Shown here piece by piece: positions 54,790-64,000 of a stretch of 64,000 nucleotides of DNA. The DNA comes from Lama glama (lineage: Eukaryota), in assembly GCA_028534125.1 (NCBI GenBank), contig CM052818.1, positions 11,720,001 through 11,784,000 on the forward strand, read 5' to 3'. Position 1 is the stretch's first letter. Each line of letters starts with the position of its first letter. A program made the translations under genes and the position numbers. Under the pieces are notes generated by a model, which saw only the letters and a list, made by a program, of their open reading frames with translations, was not told the origin of the DNA and ran no database searches.

Positions 54790-55045
54790 AAGAACAAACG
54801 TCAAGTACTTTTGGTGCATAAGATAAGACCATGTCTATGTGTGTATGAATATGTTAAATATACATCAAAAATTTCCCAAAGTCTACATAAGAAATGACTG
54901 GTAGTATTTCTCTCTGGAAAGTGAGACTGGAAGTTTTAAGGGGGGAGAGCTCAGGAAGGGAGATTTTTAACTTTCATTTTATTCCCTCCTGTAATGTTTA
55001 AGCCTTTAACAATGTGCATATATTATTATATGATTCAAAAAATAA
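54790..55045 (+). mobile_element. Old L1 3' end
   Basis: ggtagtatttctctctggaaagtgagactgg...gggagatttttaactttcattttattccctcctgtaatgttt. Confidence 0.55.
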
Positions 55046-55589
55046 TTTGGAAGACAAACGAATTATCTCAAACATCAGCATGAGGTAATATATGTTTTTC
55101 AGTATATGAAAGTAATTAATCCATACTCCTTTTCTCACAAAGACTAAATGATCTATGAAACTTAAAGTACAAAAATTTACAAAAAATAGTTCATTTATAA
55201 TAGGAGATTAAAATGGCAATAAATGATTTTTTAACAATGCCTTGTAGGTACACGGTGCCTTTGGGCTTATGACTAACAATTGTATTGCAAATAGTACAAA
55301 CTGTTCTCAACATATGGTCCTTAAGACATAATCAACCATTACTATTACCACTTCCATTTTCGTAATGATGATGACTGTAAACACCTTAGGAAAAATGGAT
55401 ACACTTTTAGGACAGGGAGCAGGATCATTCTTATGTGTCTTAGCATCTCCATTCATACCACAGTGTTTGGCACAGGATAGATTTTGAGCAATTAATTGTG
55501 GAATAAATAAACATAAGAATAAAATTTTTAAATGAATGAATAAAAGACACAGCAGCATACCCATACAACACTTGCCCCAAATGGTTAGT

Positions 55590-56020
55590 GACCATGTTAG
55601 AAATGTCCACTCTTGCATCCTCAGCTCCATCCTGCTCAGAAAACCTGTCCCCCTTTAAAGTAAATCTCTGCTGACTGGCCAGTGCCTCCCGCTTTTGATC
55701 CAAGTTGACTGAACCAGAGGTGGAGACTGATATGAACTAAGCTAATAGATCCTCTTATTTGTCATTTGCTTTTTTCTGTTGGACGTTCAAACAGGAAAGC
55801 TGAATTTGGACTATGTGAAAATGGAGGAATGAAAGTCAGTCTCCAGAGGTAGAGAATAACATATCTAAAACTCAAGAGAAAAGACATGACTCTCCTTATG
55901 AAGCTTAACTACAATGAATCCCACTGGGTTTTCTGAGCTACCACTATGTTCTTCCAAAAATTCTTTTTTAAAAAACTTTATTTTAAGTGAGTTTGTGTTC
56001 CACGCAAATAAGCATCGAGA
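55590..56020 (+). mobile_element. MLT1-type (MaLR) LTR relic
   Basis: gttgactgaaccagaggtggagac...ctaatagatcctct, and an MLT1-like end (ttaagtgagtttgtgttccacgcaa). Confidence 0.5.
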
Positions 56021-56089
56021 CTCCCCATACCACAACAACCTACAGAATTTTCACACCATGTTCTGGTATCTCCAACTATTAATACAGAT

Positions 56090-57825
56090 AAACTATATGT
56101 TCTGATATCTAAAGTCAATCCCTCTACTTGTGCACTGGATCACATTCCTTCTCACCTACTCTAGGAAATGTAATCCAGCAATTCCCCTTTTTCTCAACTA
56201 CATCAGTGATTTTTCGCTATCTACTAGATTCATCTTTTCAGGACATACAAAATAGCTGTTATTTCCTCTCATCTTAAAACAAAGCAAAGCTTATTTTGAC
56301 CCAGTGGTGTGGTAGAGCTGCCTCCTGCCAACTGTCAAGAGATTGCTGTGCACATCTCAACTCTTCACTCAGTGAAATTGTTTTTTTTTCCCAAAGAACT
56401 GGTTGTTAAGTACCTACCATGTTCTTGACCTCACTATCTTCACCAAGTTATCATCCCTTGTCTTTGCTATCCTTTTCAGCAAAATATATAAAAAGAGTTG
56501 TGCATAAACATTTTCTCTATTTGTTCACTTGAACAAATTACAATCAAGCTTTGTCCCTATCACTCTATTGAAACTGCTCTTATCAAGGTCTCCAAGGACT
56601 TCTGCATTGCTAAATCCAGTGGTCCATGCTCAGTCCTCATATGACTTCATCTATCAGCAAGATTTGACCCAGTTGATCCTTCCTCTCCTCCCTCACTGGT
56701 CATTTCTTCTCAGTCTCCTCTGCCTGTTCATCCTATTTCCCTGACCTGTCAGTACTGGAGTGCTCCAGGGCTCAGTCATTGGCCCTATTCTCTGCACCAT
56801 CTACGCTCACTCCCTTGGTGCCTACATTCAGACTCGGGGCTTTAAATACCATCTACAAGCTCATGGCTCCCCAATCTATATCTCCAGCCTAGACTTTTCT
56901 CTTGAATTGCATACTCTTAGATCCAACTCACTGCATCTCTATTTGGATATCAAAAAGATATCTGAAACTCATGAAGCCCAAAACTAAACTTTTAAACATC
57001 CTTCTCAAACCTGTTTCACCAGCAACCGTACATCTAAGACAACAGCAACACCATCTTTCCAGTTGCTCGAGCCAAAAAACCTGGAGTTATCTTTGATTTC
57101 CTTCTTACACTCACAAGCTTAATCCACTAGGAAATCCTGTTGGTTCTACCTGGGAACTCGCTCCAACACATGACTTTTTTTGCCCTATTCCACTACTGCT
57201 AGCCTGGTTTAAATTTATAGCATGGATTATTCTGAGTCTCCAGTAAGGTCCTATATTGTACTGTTACCACAGTCCCTATATTGTTACAAAAGCCGGAATG
57301 ACCCCGTCAAAAGTAAAATCAGAACACGTCACTTCTCTGCTCAGAATCCCAGGATTACATCCCAGTTTGCTGAGAGTAAAAGCTAAAACTCGGGAAATTG
57401 CCTACAAGCCCTTCATGATCCAGAGTCTTGTTAACTTTCTGAACCATCTCCAAGGATTCGCCCTCACTCATCATTTTCCAACCACACTGAGGTTGCACCT
57501 CAAATTTGCTGGATATGCTTCTGCCTTTGGGCTTTTGTTCCAGCTGTTGGCTTTGCCTGAAACCATCTTCTCCCATCTATGAACGTGGCTGACTCCCTTA
57601 CTGCCTTTCAGTCTTTCTTCACCTCTTCCATGTTCAACCTATTGTAACTTATCTTTTAATCTATTTTGTAATTTATTTATTTGTTATGTTTACTGTCTTC
57701 CTTTCTTCACAGAACATAAACTTCACAAGGGCAAGGATTATTTTCTGGTTTGCTGATGACCCAAGTATTTAGCTCCTAGCAATATCTCACTAAATATTTA
57801 TTGAAAAAAAAATAATAAACGAATA
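56090..57825 (+). mobile_element. Long L2 fragment
   Basis: ctattgaaactgctcttatcaaggtctccaaggacttctgcattgctaaatccagtggtc; ggagtgctccagggctcagtc; tctccagcctagac; 3' end ctcactaaatatttattgaa. Confidence 0.9.
56302..56422 (+). mobile_element. Internally deleted MER63-like hAT element nested in L2
   Basis: Starts cagtggtgtggtagagctg and ends gaactggttgttaagtac. An 8-bp TSD-like pair, ttttgacc (56294-56301) and tcttgacc (56423-56430), flanks it. Confidence 0.65.
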
Positions 57826-58881
57826 AAGAGCATAAACGGCAAAGGCCTTACTGAACTATCACACAGAAACAAATCTGTATTATAAACATTAGAAGTTTTA
57901 GAATTGTTTTCTTAATGAAATTTTCACTTCTACAGTTTTCTAGTTGAAATTTAAAATTTACAGAAAAAATGCAGCAGTATTCCCACAACTGTACCTAAAC
58001 CTCTCTCATATCTGGGCTTCAAATCCTGGCTCTTATAAGAGCTCACAGCTCCTATAGGAGTTGTGCATTTATCAGTGGTGACAGAAATGTGCCCGGGTAG
58101 TATTTTGTACATATGGTGTTAACTTTTATGCTTTAATATATATGTGCAATATGTCTGAATTATACTTGCTCTAGGAACCATCACTTTTATTTCACTGACT
58201 TTTGTGTATTTAAAACCTCAGGCATAATACAGTATTGAATTAAAATTTTTTTGGTTGTTTAATTTCCACAGAAGTAAGACAAAGAATAATTGTTTTAACA
58301 TAATTTTCTTCATGGTTTGTACAATGGAAAATTCTCCCAAGTTTAGGAAGGGCATGAGAACTAAGTATTAGAAAATGGATGTGAGGTCCCCAAACATCTC
58401 TGCATCAATTTCAAGGAGGTTTCTAACACATGCTTATTATGCTGAATTCATTCAAAATAAGTTAAATAACAGAATAATGTATGGAGCTTATAAATATATT
58501 GATGAAATACACTCATTCAGACATGAATTAAAAACCCATCGTAGCCAAGGATGCAGTCATTTCACACTAAATCTTATTTTGTACTCTTCAATTTAATCTT
58601 ATAGTTATGACAACACAAGAAGGCACCTGAAAAAGAGTGCTTAATTAATTTTAAATGTCACATGCCCATTTAAACAAAGAGAATGAAAAAGAATGAACAC
58701 AAATATAACGAGGCTAAAAAACTAATTTTGAAAGAAAACATAAAAATCTCCAACACAAAAGAATAAACATTAGGAGTATGTATGATGAATGCATCATCTT
58801 AATTTAGTATTAACTAAATTAATAACTAGATGGAATAGCCTTTAAAAACATATATAATTAACTGATATGTGAATATTAGAA

Positions 58882-58995
58882 GGGGAGGGTATAGCTCATG
58901 CTTACAATACACAAGGTCCTGGGTTCAGTCCCCAGTACCTCCTCTAAAAATAAATAAGTAAACCTAATTACCTCCTCCCAAAAAACAAATAAAAA
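58882..58995 (+). mobile_element. Camelid tRNA-derived SINE (Vic-1-like) with an internal deletion
   Basis: ggggagggtatagctca...aggtcctgggttcagtccccagtacctcctctaaaaataaataagtaaacctaattacctcc matches the recalled camelid SINE. Confidence 0.85.
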
Positions 58996-60821
58996 TTTTT
59001 TTAAAAAGTAAATACTATATAAAAACACATAAATATACCTAAGAAAGACTTCAAAAAAGTTTGCAAATACATAGAGTGAAATATAATTCTACAAAATAGA
59101 AAGATTAATTGAATAAAACATCTTCTAATACTGTATGGACTGTATTCAAGCTCATTTTTATCTATATTTGTCAGAAATTTTGTCATAATTGAATTACATC
59201 ACATTCGTAGCCTATAGACAGAAAGGAGTTTGGCCCAGGATACAATATAAAACATCCATTATTGTCAGGGTAGTAGACCAGTATTTTCTAAAATAGTTTC
59301 CATTTCAAATATTCTCTCCCCACTTAACACTTTGTATGAACCAATGTTTTGTTCAAACATATAGCTTGAAAAGTCTCTTTGCCTACTGTAATTCTAAATT
59401 TATAAAAATTAAGAAATAATTTCCTTAACATATATCAATCCAAAAAGTAAGACTTCAGGGAGAATATATGTATGAATCTCGTTAATTCAACAGTTTTTTT
59501 AGTACTTTGGCATCATCTGTATATAAATAACGTACTGGTAATAATCAGTTGTTATCTTTTTCATCTGATAGAATCAGATCACTACCTGAAAAATCTTACT
59601 AGCTCCAAGTTATTGAAAGTGAAAAGAAACTGCATTTTTCTTATTGCACAATTTATTTTCACTAACTCATACTGGCCTCTCCACCAACTCCTCAAATTTG
59701 TTTAAATTAAATAAAGTATTGGTTTAAAACAGCTATACAGTTACTTAACCAGGTAACAAATACCTGAGGAAGCTGCTTGAAATTATGTTCACTGATACAC
59801 TCACTTAAGTCCAATGTGATGTATCACAGAATCACCTGCCTTTGCTAGAGGTAAAGGACTCCCCCAGGGACGAATAGTTTTTCTAGAACTTTTTGCATAG
59901 GTCCACTTTGAGATTACTTACAACTCTCCTTTGAGAATTTCCCAATATCAAACAAACACAAAGAACGAAAACATCAGGGAAAGATTTGACCCTAAAGGTA
60001 GGACTGTCCTAGTTGTTCAGCTCTACTTGTACCCGGGTGGATAAGAAACCAAAAGACTGTTATAATTACTCGTCCATCAGCCCAGAAGCCAGCACAGGAG
60101 GAAGATGAGCATACCGCAAGGTGAAGCGGGGTGATGGGGAAGACCAGCTGGGAGCCCACGAATCAAATGGCCCCTCTCTCTTCTGTGGTTACTGGTGCAC
60201 AGATGCCTGGGCAGCTCACCCCTGCCTGCCATCTTGCTTTCATTTCTCACTTTATTTTTCATCTCCATGATGTTCTGTTAGCTTCCTATTAACATCCATT
60301 AGAAAACCTAGCTCCAGTTCCAACCAGCCTAAGGGCAATAGGTTGAATCGGGTCGTGCAAAATATAAAATAACTGATCTGGTTTGCACAAGGTCTTCATG
60401 GACTAAGAGGAAATTATTCAGAAAGCACTGAAGGAAATAAATATTCATATTCTGTCTTTCTGTCTGTATTTCTCTCCTTCATGGTCTTTCTGTATTTGGT
60501 TTTGATGGGAATCTGTATCTCTAAGGAAAGCTTTTTTTTAAAAAAAAAAAAAAAACAGCAGCCAGGATCTGAATTATCTTAAACTAATGATAATATGCCA
60601 GACGGAGGGTATGAATGGGTTGAGATTTATAATTTCCAGTGAATATTTTCAAAGTTTCTCTGTATCCTCTGTACTGTTTTCTGGTTAGCAAAAAAATTTC
60701 AAAGTCATCTTCAAGGTTGAAACATGGTATGTTTCTGATGAGGAAAACAAAAATGGAGAAAACAAGGGAGGCAAAAAAATAAATAAAATTAGGCTTAACA
60801 AATACTTTATATTTATTCGAA

Positions 60822-62075
60822 AACTATTCATTTGCTCAAAAAAATTACTAGTGCCTACTACGTGCCAGGGAACAGAAAAATATAAAAATAAGTTCTTGCC
60901 TTTATCATACATAGTATCATGAAACACAACATACCATTAAAAAATCAAGTAATAGTGATAACTGCTACGGAGAAAAACAAAGCTGGGAAAAGAGCAGAGT
61001 GCAGGTTCTGGTTTCAACAGGGTGGGCAAGGATGTTCTCTCTAAGCTGGTGACCTGGGGTGGTACAGGAAATAAAGGACAGAAGCAAGTCATGTACCTGT
61101 CTACCTGTGGGGGATGAAGGCATTGCAGGAAGAGGGAGCAGCAACGATGAAGGCTAGGTACGATAGGATAGGTCTGAAGAGCTGCGAAGGGAACCAGTGG
61201 GGTGGAGCACTGGGGTTGGTGAGAAGTGAGATAAGCAATGAGTTTGGAGAAAGAATCAGTGGCCAAATCATACGGGGCTTTATGGGCCCGGATAGGTCTT
61301 CAGATCTATTGTAAGTGTGACAGAAACTTACTGGAAAATGCGCCATTATTTGATTTACCCTTTGAAAACTTCACCGGTTTGCTGGGTGGAGAAGACACTG
61401 AAAGGGGACAGGAGCGGAAGCAGGAAACCAGTCGTAGGGCTAAATGCAGGAGGACCGCCCAGAGCTGATGGTGACTCCGGCTGGAATGGGAAGGCAGGGA
61501 CTGGAAAGAAGGGTCAGCTTTGGGATCGCCCTTGAAGGTAGGGTCAGCACAGATTGCTGAGAGGGTTGGACGTGCCGTCTGGAGGTCAGAGAGGAGCCAA
61601 GGATGAACCCAGGATTTGGGGCTGAGCCGCTGAATGATGGCGATGCTGATATTCCCGGAGAGGAAGAACACCCGGGAGGAGAGCTGAGGCTAAATGGACG
61701 CCAAGTGTTCCGTGTTCGCCACATTAACTTTGAGATGCCTATTACCTGATGACAAGCAGCTGGCGCTTAGCTGGGAGGACGGTGCTAGCGATAAACGCGG
61801 GGGCGAGAGCGCGTACGCGGCACGTGGGCCACGCAGGGAGCGGCGCTGCCGCCAGAGCGCGGAGGCGGGGCCGCGAGGAGCCGTCCGCGAGGAGGAGCCG
61901 TCCGCGGCCGAGAGGAGGCGGCGGCGCGGGCCGCGAGGAAAACTCAGGGCACAGCAGTGAGGTAGGAGGAAAACCAGAGCTGGGACGGCCAGGAATGCTA
62001 GCCAGGAAAGCGTTCCAAGTGTATCAAAAGCTGTTGAGATGGCAAAGACGAGTACTGGACGTTTGGGCCGAGTGA
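60822..62075 (-). mobile_element. L2 fragment hosting a CpG island
   Basis: Antisense L2 running from attcatttgctcaaa...gtgcctactacgtgccagg through gaggagccaaggatgaacccaggatttggggctgagc and gaggtaggaggaaaaccag to tgtatcaaaagctgttgaga. Confidence 0.8.
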
Positions 62076-62130
62076 CGAGTGTAAACGCCTGACTGGAGTG
62101 TGCAGGGAAAACCGGCTGCTTAGCAGCGGT
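61690..62130. promoter_or_regulatory. CpG-island-like promoter / candidate first exon
   Basis: About 31 CpGs in 61781-61940. E-box CACGTG at 61821-61826, NRF1-like GCGCGTACGCG at 61809-61819, GC box GAGGCGGGGC at 61862-61871, and donor-like TGAG|GTAGGA at 61961/61962. Confidence 0.7.
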
Positions 62131-62185
62131 CTCTGGCCAAGTTAGCAAAGCCACGCCTGGAGTTGTGTTTCATGTTGTTCCTCAG

Positions 62186-62238
62186 TTCTTTGCTGCTTAA
62201 TTTGCAGCATGGCCTCCAGTCATTTTAGTATTGAACTT
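62186..62238 (+). other. Candidate second exon of a CpG-island-driven transcript
   Basis: Acceptor ttgttcctcag and donor CTT|GTGAGT. It contains GCAGCATGG (ATG at 62209) reading MASSHFSIEL; the product is not recognised. Confidence 0.3.
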
Positions 62239-62984
62239 GTGAGTTCAGTGTCTGGTGTTGCAGTAAAAGCTTCATTTTGAGCAGTTTGATTAAGAAATCA
62301 AAGAAGGCAGAAACCATGCAGGCACCTCAGTTTAGGATTCTTCTGTAAGCTAACCTGTGTCATTGTTAGCATTACGTTATCTTGGTTAATTATCGGGTGT
62401 TAATATTTATGTAGTTATTTTTTCCTCTATGTTAAAGAACTAAAGAAGAAAGTAAAGACCTGCAGAACATCTAATTGTAGAATTTGCTAAAACCTTTGTT
62501 GGCATTAACGAGTGTTTAGTTAACTGGAAGGAGGCTTTGAGGTCGTTTTGAAAGAGGAGCAGGAAAGTGCTAGACTTAATGTGATTGCTGAGATGATTTT
62601 GCTTTTATTTTTACTTTCTACTACCATGAAACAAAATGAACTGTTCCACACACAGGTGAAAAGTATACTCTCCTATCCAAAACAGTTTTACGGCTGCTTT
62701 CTTACTTCCTTTTGAACTTTATCCTTTCTTCAGTGTACCTCTTATTGACTTCAACATTATGTATTATGAATAAGAATTACTAGACAAGATTAAAGAGAAA
62801 AAAATGCTTGAAACAACGAGCCAAACCGTTTTACTTAAATGTACTTGCATGTATCCAGATTTTACTCCTATATCATGATCCAGCTCGGATAAACCTCCAT
62901 TCAGACCTTCCCGATCCCTTCCTCTTGGGATGAATCTCTCTCACCTGTAAATTTGAATAATATTTTACCCGTAAATCTCATTCA

Positions 62985-63720
62985 AGTTTTCTATTCATCC
63001 AACTAACACTGAGCGCCTACAGCGGGCAGGCACCCCTCTCGGCGCTTCAGATACATGAGCAAAGGAACGAAGACCCCGGCCTCTTGGAGCCGAGGTTCCG
63101 TTGAGGAACAGACCGCAATCAACAGACACCGTAAATACATAATCACCTCCCATTCAGAAGGCGATAGATTCTGTGGCAAAATGAAACGTAGAGCAGAGGA
63201 ACAAGGTGCAGAGGTTCCAATTTTTAATGCAGTGGTTAAAGTGGGGCTTACTAAAAAGGTAAAATCTTTGCAAAGACCTGAGGACTTGAAGGAGGGGAGG
63301 GAGTTAGGAACGTGGATACGTGAGGAACAGCATTCCAGGCAGCAGGAGGAGCCAGTAGAAAGAGCTAGAAGACACACCTGGTGTTTTTAAGGAACAACAG
63401 AGACCAGAGTGGCTTAAAGGATGCGTGAGAGGGAAAGAACAGTGGGAAGTGGGGCTCATGGATGGGGGTTTGAAGGGCAGATAATGGTGGCGAATGGCAG
63501 CTATTACAGGGTTGTGTGTGAAAGGGTCACATGATCCGACTTTCAGGTCAAAAGAAAGCCCTGGCTGCTGTGTTGAGACTAGTTGCTGGTGGGCTGGGGC
63601 AGGAGAGAAATTAGGGAAACCAATTAGCAGAGCCGAGCAGTTATCTACACAAGAAACGATGTTAACTCAGACCTGTGCAAACAGTGGGGCAGGTAAGAAG
63701 TGGTTGGGTTTTTTAACATA
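62985..63720 (-). mobile_element. L2 3' fragment
   Basis: attcatccaactaacactgagcgcctac; ttgcaaagacctgaggacttgaaggagg; cagcattccaggcag; gtcacatgatccgactt. Confidence 0.85.
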
Positions 63721-64000
63721 GCCCTTTTTAACTTTTGTCACATTTACATACGTATTTCATCACCATTTCTAGACTATACACTTCTTGAAGCCAGGATTTG
63801 GGTTCATGCTCACATTTCCAACAAGGGGTACCCAGTAATATGTTTAATGGCTAAATGAACGGATGGTCACTGGACAAAGAATCTACCTTATCCCTCTCTG
63901 GCACACACCCTGTATTTCAAGGCATATTTATGAATGGACAACAGCACCACCAAGAGCATCAACTTTGAATAAGAAGAGCAGGAAAAAAAAAATTGCACAC

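Noticed and set aside
56529..57582. Several plus-strand ORFs
   Set aside because: They are decayed L2 ORF2/3' sequence, not host genes.
58882..58945. Possible tRNA gene
   Set aside because: It is a SINE head with a deleted D-arm region and a SINE tail; it cannot form a cloverleaf.
61690..62154. Overlapping Arg/Ala/Gly-rich ORFs of 88-154 aa
   Set aside because: Stop-codon scarcity is expected in a GC-rich island, and there is no recognisable domain.

Overview
This is AT-rich mammalian nuclear DNA, very probably from a camelid. The evidence is a camelid-type tRNA-derived SINE at ~58.9 kb and three young camelid-type L1 3' ends. It reads as intergenic or intronic sequence dense in old repeats (L2, MIR, L1M, MER21, LTR16, MER20B, MER5, MER63, MLT1), with a 500-N assembly gap. 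I recognise no protein-coding gene: the ORF track is explained by chance, repeats or the gap. The most interesting structures are: (1) a CpG-island-like promoter at ~61.7-62.1 kb built inside a LINE-2 relic, with a splice donor supplied by the L2; (2) a ~190-bp mosaic templated insertion at 17938-18124, stitched from three nearby donor segments through microhomologies; (3) an L1 insertion with a ~200-bp 3' transduction inside a 13-bp TSD; (4) a probable LF-SINE relic at ~48.5 kb; (5) a U6 retropseudogene, a MER41-like solo LTR and a repeat-poor, homeodomain-site-rich block at ~24.4-28.6 kb. Repeat family names come from my recall of consensus sequences, not from a database search, and most repeat boundaries are approximate.
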